Shown piece after piece: positions 1 to 11,370 of a stretch of 64,000 nucleotides of DNA. Both the position numbers and the translations under genes were made by a program. The stretch spans positions 33,418,001 to 33,482,000 of the forward strand of contig NC_087441.1 in assembly GCF_036321535.1 (NCBI RefSeq), written 5' to 3'. The notes under the pieces are model-generated. The model was given only the letters and a program-made list of their open reading frames with translations, was not told the DNA's origin and did not search any database. Numbering within the stretch: position 1 is the stretch's first letter; each line of letters begins with the position of its first letter. This stretch comes from Camelus dromedarius (taxonomy: Eukaryota).

Positions 1-389
1 GGTCCATTGGCCAAGAGTGACTGATACCATATTTATTTATATCAATTAAAAATGAATTGGTTAAAATCATACATTTTGATGACAATAAATATAGTTGTAG
101 AAAGATGAGTCAAAAATATTATGATCCATCAAGATACCCACTTAATAGACTAATACATTTATTGTATTATTTAAAATTATAATACCAGAATATTATTTTT
201 TATGATTTATATTTTATATTGTTATTTGTGTGACTATTACCTTTATTATATTTTATAAGTAGGAAAATCTTTTAAGGAAAAATCTTTATATTTTTAGTAC
301 CTTTAGCAGCTCTTTTTTCCTACTCTTTGAACAAGGGAACCCACATTTTTATTTTGCACTGAGCCCCACAAACTATGTAGTCAACCCTG
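1..389 (+). mobile_element. hAT-Tip100-type (MER45-like) non-autonomous DNA transposon, right part
   Basis: Terminus ttgaacaaggg...ttttgcactgagccccacaaactatgtagtcaaccctg matches my recollection of the MER45 end. The left boundary is uncertain. Confidence 0.55.
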
Positions 390-1767
390 ATAGCAAGATT
401 TAGCATTGATGCTCCCCTGCAGATGTCTTCTCCTTGAGTTCTTATTCTTTACAACTGGAACTGACAGATAACTTTGCCCATTAGAAATAGAAATGTTTCA
501 TGTTTAGGAATATTTGCCTTTTAACACTCAAAAAACACATTCACAGAATTTGCTTTGTTTTTCTATGAGTTATCAGCCTAGGCCTCAGCATCTCAGCCCT
601 CTGGCTCTTCTTTACCTGCCCACTTTTGGAGACAGGAAGGCTAGTTTCGTGGTGTGTGGAACACAAGATTGTTGCCTCCTTACCAATGGAGGATTTTTCA
701 TAGATTTCACTCATTTTGATACTTCCCCATTGACCCCCTCATTCACAATTCCATGTCCATGTGTTTGACTTCCTCCTGAGAGTCTTGGCCAGCCTGACAT
801 AAGGATGACAAGCTCAGGTGTTCTGGTGGTCTCCAGTGTGAGGCTTGGAAGATTTATGTCTAGACAGCTGTGTGCAAAAACCTCTCTGCACATGAAGATC
901 AACATATCCCCAAAGGATATGACGAGTAAAACTGGGAGAATAATGAAGAAAAATGACAGGTGCATGGAGGGGGAACAAACAGGGTATGCCTCTGGTAAAT
1001 AACTCCCTGAAGGACTCTTAGAAAAGACTTACTGATTAATTGAATCAATCCATCATCCTTGGGGTGACAGCATCAATTTGCAATCTTTTTTGGGAGTTGT
1101 TTTATTCCATTGCTGTTACAGCTTAAATTCTTATGAGGGCAGAATGAGAGGTTAAAAATATACACCTGTTTTATTATTAAGGTACCATAATTCTGTGCTC
1201 TCATTGTAGAAAAGGCTTATAGTGATTTTAATAATGGTGTAAACTGTGTCAGAACATCAACATGTGGATTATTTCCTCTCTGAATTTGTCTTACAGAAAT
1301 CAACTTTCAGTACCCATCAAAATTTTAAGCTCATTTGCTTCCAAACTCCATAATGTTTAAGGATTTTTGAAAAACAATCTTCTTTATAATTCTAGAGAAT
1401 ATGAAAAGATCTGTCTTTATCCCCTTTAGGAGGGACTCAGCCCCGTTTTCTTTCTGGTCACTGGCAGTCGTAGCTCATGATGCTTGTGCAGATTTCAGCA
1501 GTTAATGAGGCCCTTGAATATATTCTCTAGTTCAAGCTTTTATTGAATTAAAAGGCATAGAGTATATGCATGTCTTGGAGATTTTGCTGTCATTGCTATT
1601 ACAAGTGATTGTTTCAAGACATTAGCATGTTTTAAGTTGGACATAATATATCAATCACAGATTTTGTTCTCTCCTTCCTTGGGAGTGGGTGGAAGGTAGA
1701 TGTAATACAAGGAAAAGAAGACTGAACATGGATCCTAGTAAAGATTCACACATCATGAGAATGATTT

Positions 1768-2139
1768 TGTTAGGTAGTTTAGATAGAAATGAGCATGGGG
1801 CAGGGGGAGGGGAAGGGGAAAGGAATAATCCAGAACACAAGGAACCTGAGCTGTCAATCAACCAGAGCGTGGGGAACCTGAGTTGTCAATCAATCAATCA
1901 ATCAATCAACCATGAAACCAGGATATATAAAAACAGGAAAAACAAAGGAAAGACGCCATTTTTCCTCTCTTGGAGTGGCCTGCTCCCAGTTCTCGGGAGG
2001 GTACTAGCTTTCACTATATTTTTTTATTTCACTAATAAAAATCTTGCTTATATCATGCATTTTGTCTCTTGTCAAAAATTCTTTTTTGGGGGGGTGACTA
2101 AGAACCAAGGTAATTCTTATTTCCCTTTTCTCAGTAGCA
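1768..2139 (+). repeat. 5' LTR (372 bp)
   Basis: Starts TGTTAGG and ends GTAGCA; TATA-like gatatataaaaa; AATAAA; about 90% identical by hand count to 5348-5731. Confidence 0.95.
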
Positions 2140-2146
2140 TTAATTT

Positions 2147-2163
2147 TGGTGCCATGACTTGAT
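2147..2163 (+). promoter_or_regulatory. Primer-binding site, tRNA-His-like
   Basis: TGGTGCCATGACTT-GAT versus TGGTGCCGTGACTCGGAT (complement of the tRNA-His 3' end): two CpG-decay transitions and one deletion, a few bases after the 5' LTR. Confidence 0.8.
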
Positions 2164-3439
2164 GGCATGCTTAAACCTAATCTTTCCTCCTTCATCCCCC
2201 ACCCCCACCCCAAGACCAGCAGAGCACAAGCTCCTGGGCGATTGGGGAGGCTGGAGGAGGGCCCCAGCGGGCTCTGCACCCCCAGACCCGCCCGCCAGGG
2301 AGCTCCAAGTGGAGATGACCAGGCTTACTCCAGAGCCACAGTAAACTGACCACTCCTGGCCTTACACTGGTCTGGCCTATAGAGAAGACTACTGACCACC
2401 TTAAACAATGTTCAAACAAAGGAGAAGCTACCAAACCAGGAAGAGAAGGAAGATGACATTTGGGGTGGGCAGCTGACCCCGGGTGCCAGACCAGGCCCAT
2501 ATACCAATTACTTCATCACTCACACATTTATGTTCTGGCCTCCATCCTTTGCTGAGGATCCTTACTTCTGCTTTCTGACCTCTGCTATGGAGTTCTCAAA
2601 AAAACATCCTCCTTCAATCTCTCTCTTTCTCCCACTGGTCACCACAGGGTCCTATGGCTCTGACAAGGGTTCCTCCCTCTTGGGCTATTTCTAACTTACT
2701 CTGCAACCTAAGAGGAAACTCTCAGTTCCCTGAGGCGGCTGGGGCCATGCCCCTGTTACCACTATTTCAACCTGTGGTGCCCTGGGAACTCTTATAACCA
2801 TACCATTTGTCTTATTCAATGGGCCAGTAAGTATTTGGCCACCTCTCTCATACGTGGCTTGAGTAACATTGTCCCTGGTGGCCTTTTCTAGAAAACACCA
2901 CTGAGGACAGTAATCATGGGCTGTAATGTCTGACTCCTTTCTGGCTTCATATCCCTCTAGGGACACTTGCTCAGGCAAGAAAACATCTCTGCCTTAGAAA
3001 ACTGAGCTGCTGGAGTTCTAGCTCAAGTTCTCCTCTCCTGCTGCCTTCCCCGTTCAGGAGCTTCCATGTGGACCCTCTAAGCCTAACTCACTCTATTTTG
3101 GCTCCCCTTTCTCTGGCTGTCCCGGTAGAGCAGCTCTCCTGCTCCTGGATCACTGACCACCTGCGGGATTAAAACTATTTCCTTGGGCTGTGGAGACTCC
3201 CAGCTCATAGTAAGACTGCGGCCGCTTTCCCCATTCAGAGAGAACGCCAGGATGCCTGGTCCTCCTTCCATGGGCCAATGACCCTGGGACGCCAGGCCTT
3301 TTTCAGTCCATGGCTTCAGGGTACTCTTGGCTACAGGCAGAAGACTGAGGTGTCAGACTATAGCCTGTGGACATCACCTCGGGATGCTGAGCTCTGAAGA
3401 CCCTCCTTCCCCGCAGTATCCTGCCCTTCAGAGGGAAAG

Positions 3440-4120
3440 CCAACAGTTGATCCCTGCTGGGACTCCCCTGGGCTGCATCTCAGCCAAAAGCATGGCCCAT
3501 AAATAGGAGCATAAATTCAACCACTTTGCTCCAGATTAATCTCTTCTACAATACACAAGGCAAATGGTCTAAAATACTGTATATCCAGATTTTTTATTTG
3601 CTGAGGGACAGCAATTATCTCCTAAAGAAATGCAAATAACCACCTTGGCCATGGTTACTATCAGTGACCTGCTGTCCCCAACACCTCCTTGAGGGGGGGA
3701 CTCTCTTAAACGTATGTCCTCCCCTGCTCTCCCTACCATATACCCCTCATTTAAAGGATAAATTTCTCACCCAATCTGCCCCCAATATTAGACAAGAACT
3801 CTAAAAGGCAATCCAGGAACCCAGAGTAACTCTTGATAAATGCTAACCATTGCTGCCACAGATTTGTTTGTTTGTTTTGTTTTTTCAGGAGAAGGAAAGA
3901 AGGAAAGGGGCCAGGCATGCCCAAGTGATTACAACCCTTCAAGGGCAGCCACCGTCCCTAAACCCCTGGCCCCCAGCAGCCTCAGACAAGCCTGATGATC
4001 AATACAACATCTGCCACTGACCTGGTCAGTGGGCCAAGAAATGTCCCCATAAGGACATACCTTCAAGATCTACCTGTTTTTGGTGTAACAAACAAGGTCA
4101 TTGGGTGGCCCTCTGTCCCT
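3440..4120 (+). pseudogene. ERV gag remnant: matrix, end of capsid, NC with two zinc knuckles; most of capsid deleted
   Basis: IPAGTPLGCI (frameshift) WPINRSINSTTLLQINLFYNTQGKWSKILYIQIFYLLRD resembles class I matrix. PNIRQEL*KAIQEP resembles the capsid end. Knuckles are [13 protein letters not shown] (4003-4044, decayed) and [14 protein letters not shown] (4075-4116, intact). Confidence 0.85.
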
Positions 4121-4199
4121 CCAGCCAGATGGCCCATGAAGGAGAACTGGCCTGCGATCTGCAGGTGGTTGTCTGGGACTGGAGAAGCCACCTCCAAGG

Positions 4200-4718
4200 A
4201 CCCCTGGCCTGGGGGCTTCCAGATCCCACAAGGCCCTTCCAGTTCTATGTTCATGAGAGAGGAGGAATAGCCTTGGGGGTCCTCACCCAACGGCTAGGTC
4301 CTACCCAACAGCCCATGGGATACCTCTCCAAGCAGCTAGATCCCACTGCTTGAGGCTGGCCTTCCTGCCTGAGTGTTGGGAGCCCTCTCCAGTCTCCTGG
4401 AGGAAGCTTTTAAACTAAATCTGGGGCCCCTATACGGACATATGCTAACCACCAAGTTTCTGATCTTTTAAAGGCAAGGGACATTTCTGGCTCTCAGATG
4501 CTCAGCTTCTTAAATATCAGGCATTATTATTGGAAAACCCAGATGTCACTGTCTCCGTTTGTGGGACACTCAATCCTGCTACACTATTACCATCACCAGA
4601 TGAGTCTCTTCCTTTTCACCTATGTCATGAGACCCTATCCATTTCTCTAGGAGCTAGAACAGATCTCACCAACCAACCCCTGGAAAACCCTGATGAGATC
4701 TGATTCACCGATGGGAGC
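4200..4718 (+). pseudogene. ERV pol remnant (RT connection/tether to the start of RNase H); protease, RT core and integrase absent
   Basis: [53 protein letters not shown], then WLSDAQLLKYQALLLENPDV...TLNPATLLP...DLTNQPLENPDEI*FTDGS. Stops and frameshifts present. Confidence 0.9.
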
Positions 4719-5039
4719 CACATATTCTTGTGAATCTCCTAGCAACACTCCGGTGAGACTGTTACATCGCCCTAGGGGATTATGGATCCCTGTTAGATAA
4801 ATCTCTTTCTTAAATGTCTACTGGCTCTAATCTTTTCTCTTTTAGGGATCCCATCAAAGTGTTTTAATACTAATTTAAAATGTCTCTGACATAAGGGTCC
4901 CTCTTTTTACTCCTCCTTTAGTTCACTGGACTAACATTCCAACATCTGCTTTCTAAAACCTAAACCAACAAAAAGCACAGAAATTAATCTTTTAAAGACA
5001 ATTTTTCCATTTAAGTAGGTGTGACCCTTGTTTGCCTCC

Positions 5040-5170
5040 TTCATTCCTTGGCTAGGATTAGCTCTATATATTTGACCTCTATCTTTTCAACCTTCCTATG
5101 AAATGTGTTTCTTGTCTAGAGATCAACTTCAAATGGCTATACAACAAGGTAATCAACCAATCAGCCAAGA
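5040..5170 (+). pseudogene. ERV env remnant (TM anchor and cytoplasmic tail only)
   Basis: IFDLYLFNLPMKCVSCLE resembles the class I IFGPCIFNLLVKFVSSR motif, followed by QLQMAIQQGNQPI in an adjacent frame. Confidence 0.6.
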
Positions 5171-5336
5171 CATCTTTTATACAAGCCCCTCGATGGACAC
5201 TGACCCTTCACTCACCACCTGCCCAGTGACAGCCAGCAATTCTGGGACCCCAACAAGCTCCATCATAGCCCCAGATCACCTGGAAGCTAGAGTGGTCATC
5301 ACCCTATATGTCCCAAAGATTTGGGGTCCTATGACT

Positions 5337-5347
5337 AGAGGGGGGAA
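5337..5347 (+). promoter_or_regulatory. Polypurine tract
   Basis: AGAGGGGGGAA directly abuts the TGT of the 3' LTR. Confidence 0.85.
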
Positions 5348-5731
5348 TGTTAGGTAGTTTAGATAGAAATGAGCATGGGGCAGGGGGAGAGGAAGGGAAA
5401 AGGAACAATCCAGAGCACAAGGAACCTGAGCTGTCAGTCAACCAGAGTGCAGGGAACCTGAGTTGTCAATCAATCAACCAACCAACCAATCATTCAATCA
5501 ATCAGTCATGAAACCAGGATATAAAAACAGGAAAAACAAAGGAATGGCACCATTTTCCTCTCCTGGAGTGGCCCACTCCCAGTTCTCTCAGGAGGGTACT
5601 ATCTTTCACTATTTCTTTACTTCACAAATAAAAATCTTTCTTATATCATGCTTTTTGTCTCTTGTCAAAATTTCTTTTTTTTCGTGTGACTAAGAATTGA
5701 GGTAATTCTTATTTCCCCTTTCCCAGTAACA
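5348..5731 (+). repeat. 3' LTR (384 bp)
   Basis: TGTTAGG...GTAACA; direct repeat of 1768-2139; followed by the ATTT TSD. Confidence 0.95.
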
Positions 5732-7555
5732 ATTTGGGCTTCATCATTTTTTTTTTTTTTTTTTGGTAATGTAAGGATTTTAATATCAAAGCTTCCTAAT
5801 TACAGGCATTGAGTGCAGTAATTTTACCCAAGACTGATAAAATGTCTGAAGAAAGATTATCTTGACAATCATAGAAAGTATTGAAGATGGAAGAGTTTAA
5901 GTAATCTTAATCTTTCTAATATTAGCTATTCATAAATGTGTTATAAAAGAAATAGAAAAACTTCTAACCCCAAAACTGAACAAAATTGGTTGACTAATAT
6001 GTAAGAACATATCATATATGCATGTTTACATATGGATATGTGTTATTTGTATTTAAAAGAACTATAACATAAAAAGCATATTTAACATTGAGACTATACT
6101 GAACTTAATGCACAATGATTGACAAGCATTTCCTCATCTTACACTGCCTTAGAGTTTTCCTTATCAGGGTCCATTGTGATTTCCACAGTCCAGAGTCACT
6201 TGGCAAATCTGTTTTCTGGGATCTAGTTTATTCTATTCTGACCAGAGTACACACACTAGGATGTGTTGTAGATGATGAGGTATTTGCATTTTCATGATAA
6301 ATGGTAATCTTGAGTAATCTCTTAACCTCTGTGGGCCTTAGTCTAATGTTTTTTGTAGTGAATGGGTTTATATCTCAGAAGTTTGTTCTACAAAGTGATC
6401 TATTTAAAATGAGTTTTTATTTCTGAGTTTAAATAGTCCACTTGTTATACTACAGTGGAGTGTTGAATATTTGCTTCACTGTATCAGAGATTATGTTTTT
6501 TAATAGTTACCAGATGAAGATCCAGGTGCCACATGGTATTTACCAAATACACTCCTTATTTAATGGAGAACTCCAGAATAAAGAATATTTCCTTTAGATC
6601 ATATATACATATGTGCATATCCTGTGTATATATATGTACATATGGTCTATTCTTAAGAGTTGATCTATTAACTGTTGTCTCTTTTTACATAACTGAGATC
6701 TTGCATGCATTTGCCCTTGCAGCAGGAAGCACCATCCTGAAGTCATCCGCACCTCCTGCCATGAACCTGCATCAGCATCCTTTTCACATGGGGAACAAAA
6801 GTGAAAACAGGCTTGATCATTTACAAGGCTCTCACCATGTGAACTGCTCCAAGTTGATCTTCAGCTTCTTGGAATGCTGCCTCAAAGTCTTATTCTCAAT
6901 CATTTCTGGCATTTCAGCTTCTGGGGGCTGGTGTGTGTCTGTGTGCTGTGAGAGGAAGGATGCAACCTCATCAGCTGGGGACAGCCCAGCCCTCGGTCCC
7001 TTGAGCACATGCAGTAACCTCAGCAGAAATTGCAGCTATTCTATCACAAATGCCAAGGGTTAAGCTTTTCTCCTTGCCTATCCTACCCCTACATGCTTCA
7101 CCATAGCTGTCATCAAAGGGGTAATAAATGAATAGTTTAAATGATTTGATTTTAAGTAAGTTGGCATCCCCAAAATGAGAAACTCTACCTATGTTAACCA
7201 AAGGTTTTGAATATAGTGCCTTCTGTCAGCTATTAGCCCAATGCTAACTCTGAATTCCAGGCAGAAGAGGAAAGAAAAGTTCTCCAAATGTCAGCAAGTC
7301 TATTCCAGATAGTCTTGTAAAAGAACCCTTAGTGTCAGGAGATAATGAAAGTACGCGTTACCTATGACAGAGCTAAAATGGTGCCATGACCTGGCAATTC
7401 CTTTTTACGGCAGACACATCCCCGCACAGCATCGAACAGCAGCACCACCTCCACGTAAATGGAATAGGGTTTCCCTGTCAGTGACACTATCAAATACACT
7501 TTGAGAAGGAACAAGGGCTTTCAGGGATGGCTCAGAAACTTGATTGGTTTTTCCA

Positions 7556-7561
7556 TTTATT
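7556..7561 (-). terminator. Candidate NKAIN2 polyadenylation signal AATAAA, cleavage near 7541
   Basis: Minus strand: ...tgaaTGTAttttt...agTGTAattt...AATAAAtggaaaaaccaatCA. Two upstream UGUA motifs and a CA 15 nt downstream. A second AATAAA at 7910-7915 is a weaker alternative. Confidence 0.6.
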
Positions 7562-8909
7562 TTTAAAATGCAAATTACACTAGTAAGTCAAAAAAATCAC
7601 TCTGTTAAAAATACATTCAGAATTAACAAACGCAAAAAAAAAAAAAAGACACATCAGGATTGTTAACTCTTGCCTTCTGAATATTAGGTTTATAACAAAA
7701 GCTCAGCCTAGAAAAATAGCATTCTTCACCAGATTTTGAGGAGGATATAGCTGTACAACTTAGATGTTTTTTCCAGATAGAATCACACTACTGTGCTCCC
7801 TGTCCACTGATTCCTTTTTAGTAGTCAACAACTGTTTTTGAAAATTTTGGTAGTGATGAGTAGTGATTAGATGGTGACTTGGCTGCAACTTAAAGCAGGA
7901 CTATGAGGGTTTATTTCTCTGTGCATTTGAATCTCTATCCATATACATGTCTTCTAAGGTGGAATCTCATCACAGCACGAATGTACAGTGAAACCTCATT
8001 CTAATAGTCACATTAATAGTCACATTAGGATAGTTTCTGGCATGTATAGTATTTATATTTTAAGACTCAAAGGACGATATATTGGTAAATATTTTTCTCA
8101 TACATTAAACATGCATGTCACTATAAAATCATTATTTGAGGTTTCACTGACATGTTTGCAATTGTGTATTTTATACATGTATATATGGACAAACATATAC
8201 AAACCACCGAGAAAATTCAAGCACAAGTGCTGGAACCTTTTTTTTTTTTTTTTTGTAGCTTATGTTCTAGTAGTAACCTTTGTTACTTTATCATTTTCAA
8301 ATGTATATGTGTGGAGATCACAGACATCATGCAGACACAGGAATGGGACAGATTTATGTAGATTTGGATGGGTTAATATCCAAAGTAGGCTAATCCAATG
8401 ACTGAAACTTCATAGAAACAAAGAGAAAAAGTTGTTTCATGCCAATTTATAACTTTTCAAGTCTGAATTTCACTGCATTTAAGGATGGTGTATTAGTTAA
8501 AAAACTTGATTTTAGTGTCTCAGGTGGATCAAAAACAAAACAAAACAAAACAAAAAACCATGACTCATCTGAGTTACTGACAAGCCTGAGCTAATTATGT
8601 TTTCCACTAATGAAAACCAAATAATGCTTGAATATATAGAACAAAATTTCCTAGGAATTCAGAATATTCCATAAACACATTGACCTACTATTAAGTTTCC
8701 AAAGGCATCTTGTTGCCAACTACTTTAACAGCACAGTTTTTTCTGCCACAATAATACAGGAGGATTAAAATACACTCTAACACACAACAGATCCCCCAAA
8801 TACCACAAAGAGATCTCAAATATTTCACCAAGGTAACTATTGCTCCCCCCCCCGCCCACCCCAAAAATAATCTCGTACGCTGAAGTTAGGAAAAAAAGTT
8901 CACCTACAT

Positions 8910-9073
8910 NNNNNNNNNNNNNNNNNNNNNNNNNNNNNNNNNNNNNNNNNNNNNNNNNNNNNNNNNNNNNNNNNNNNNNNNNNNNNNNNNNNNNNNNNNN
9001 NNNNNNNNNNNNNNNNNNNNNNNNNNNNNNNNNNNNNNNNNNNNNNNNNNNNNNNNNNNNNNNNNNNNNNNNN
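8910..9073. other. Assembly gap (164 N) inside the inferred NKAIN2 3'UTR
   Basis: Run of N. Confidence 0.99.
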
Positions 9074-10011
9074 CATTTCTGCTCTCTGCTTCCAGTAGAT
9101 TAATGAGTTTAGTAGATTAATATGTTTTACGTTGTCCCACCCAACCCCTTCAAGAAGACCTTATGGAAGAATTATAAAGATGAAGATTATTACTGTTGTT
9201 GTTATTGTCACTTGTCTCTTTTTGGCCACCATGGAGGCTCAATGGTAAAAGCACTTGGCTGACAGCTGGCAGTTTTCATACACAGACACACTGGAGCTGC
9301 TGAGCTATGCAGTCTTGTTTCTTGACGTGAGACACACAGACTTGAACTCATTCGGAATTAACAGCAGTGTGTTAGCCTAAAGGAAGTGACTGGGGGATGT
9401 CTGCACTGAGATTCTCAGGCGCACAACTTAGGTGGGTTAAGGCAAGTATGGACGGTACAGCCTTTAGGGCAAACAATCTGCCATTTGGAATACAAGGTCG
9501 TCATGGCATGTTTTGTTTGTTTGTTTTTGCAATTACATTGCCTACATAGCTGTGGTGCTGTTGAGACTTATGGAGTGCAGAAGACAGGGCTCTCAAACTA
9601 ACGTGCCCCGGATGAATTTGCAGCTGGCAGAGGCCGACTGGCTGGGCTGCTGAGGAGTGAGTGACGGCCAGCAGAGGGCACCAACACGTCTCCTTATGAA
9701 CTTTCCAAAGGCCTGGGAGAAAGCAGCCTGCTTTCACGAAATCCACCATGGGCGTGTCCTGCATATTTGTCTGTTTCAGTTAGAAAGAGGAGGCCAAGTA
9801 GAATTGATGTGTGCCGGCCTGGGTGTGTGTGTGCGTGTGTGTGCATGTGTATGTGTGTGTGTCCTAGTGTATGTGGAGGCTTTATGTTTTGTTTTGTTAA
9901 TATGTATATATTTAAACTCAGTTGCTTCTTGCGCTTCAAAAAAATGCAGGAGGCCACTGCGAAACAAGTTCTTTGAAAGGTCCAGGAGCTGATATACGGA
10001 AGCCATTTGTA

Positions 10012-10021
10012 TTATTTCGAC
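10012..10021 (-). CDS. NKAIN2: NKAIN2 last exon, coding part (10 nt: G TCG AAA TAA, completing ...MSK*)
   Basis: Strong polypyrimidine acceptor tcttttctgtctctctcttAG|GTCGAAATAA. It completes AT+G and gives the expected MSK-stop C-terminus. Confidence 0.92.
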
Positions 10022-11169
10022 CTAAGAGAGAGACAGAAAAGATATTTTTAGTCAAGAGGGAGAGCTCAGCCTCTTTCCTCACCTCTCCAAGCACAAGAGT
10101 AAGCCAAAAAAAAAAAAAAAAAAAGTCTTAAGCCCAAATTGTGCTTTAAATAGACAATTTTCCTCTCCTTTTTTCTCAGTGCAACCTTCTGGATAGAGAG
10201 GCCACTTATGGTCATATGAAATCCATTTTCTGGGGTCAAATGAATATGTATGGCTGTACAATTAGGCTACCAAAAAGAATGCAATGTTTTCAAATGTGGT
10301 CAGATGTGGTCTGATATCCCATGGGATAGCCTTACACTTACACTGCAGGGAGCCCAAACAGATCGCGGCCTGCTTTGGCACATAGGTTAGTGGTGGTCAA
10401 AGCACCTACTTTGTTAGAAAATTACCCTGTGGATGTGGGCATGTTTCTGTGCAGCAACTTCATAGTCATTATTTGTTTCAAAAAGCTTTACCAAACTAAG
10501 AAAAAATCAACAAAACCTTTTTCCTTTTTAGGTGGATTAGAGACAATCAGAAGAATTATAGGCCAAGAACATTCATTCAACTTAACTTAAAAAAGAGGAT
10601 TGTCTATTCATTGACTCCAGGAACAGAAAGAGGGCTGAACGGAAGTCAGGGCAGTTTTCAAAGCTTCATCCAGGCTCTCAGCCACAGAAGATTTACTGGG
10701 TATAATGGAAACCCTACAGCTAAAACTGTGCATTGCTTTTAAGCATTTGCTTTCCTTCTAGGGAACTGCTTTTATTTCCAGTTTCTATATAATATCATTG
10801 GGGTGCTTGCAGTGGCCCATGATGCTAGATTACTCTCGCTTTATGAGAGTTCTTTATGGCAGGTTGACAGGAGAAGTTCCACCCCAAAGGACAAAGACAC
10901 AGGAGATGCTCAGGTCTCTGCCTTCCAGCAGGGAATGAAGTTTATGCAGGAATCAGTTTTGGTTTTGCATAGGACTTTAATAGGCAGTGGCTCTCCCATG
11001 ACTGTTTCTGAGGATTACACAGTTGAAAAAGCTCTTCAACACCACATAATGTGAAATCAAAAGGGAATAAAGGGAATGCAGGAGAAGGGGAGGGTGCAGG
11101 CACGTATGGAAGTATGACAGCTAAGTTACTGTGAGCAAGTAAAGATAAGTAGTTTTAAAATCAGGGGTT

Positions 11170-11370
11170 GGGGAGAGGGTATAGCTGAAGCAGTAGAGGG
11201 CATGCTTAGCATGCACGAGGTCCTGGGTTCAATCCCCAGTGCCTCCTCCAAATAGAAATAAATGAATAAACCTAATTACCGCCCCCTCATAAAATAAAAG
11301 AAAGCAAAACAAAAAACAAAAATAAATAAGATGCTAGAGCAAACTCACAGTCCATCCAGGAATTTGAAAA
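11170..11370 (+). mobile_element. Camelid-type tRNA-derived SINE
   Basis: GGGTATAGCT..AGTAGAG (A box) ... GTCCTGGGTTCAATCCCCAG (B box), then aaacctaattacc and an A-rich tail. A SINE, not a functional tRNA. Confidence 0.9.

Larger units (their letters stand above)
1768..5731 (+). mobile_element. Internally deleted class I (gamma-like, HERV-H/F-like) endogenous provirus
   Basis: Paired TG...CA LTRs, identical 4-bp TSD ATTT (1764-1767 and 5732-5735), PBS, PPT, and gag, pol and env remnants in the correct order. Confidence 0.95.
7541..10011 (-). other. NKAIN2: NKAIN2 3'UTR (3' end inferred; interrupted by an N gap)
   Basis: Follows the stop codon and is largely free of interspersed repeats. It ends at the best poly(A) signal context I found. 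Confidence 0.7.

Noticed and set aside
6533-7063. 176-aa plus-strand ORF, and an opposite-strand exon-like frame (LRLLHVLKGP...KINLEQFTW, donor-like ATG|GTGAGA near 6835)
   Set aside because: No recognisable protein similarity, a weak acceptor, and it lies beyond the inferred poly(A) site; consistent with chance frames.
7612-8844. Single miRNA seed matches in the 3'UTR (miR-181 8mer at 7612-7619, miR-137 7mer at 8838-8844)
   Set aside because: Isolated 7-8mers are common by chance in 2.5 kb, and conservation cannot be assessed here.
11170-11250. tRNA-like sequence with A and B boxes (also 19365-19437)
   Set aside because: Followed by the SINE body and A-tail with no proper acceptor stem; a tRNA-derived SINE, not a tRNA gene.
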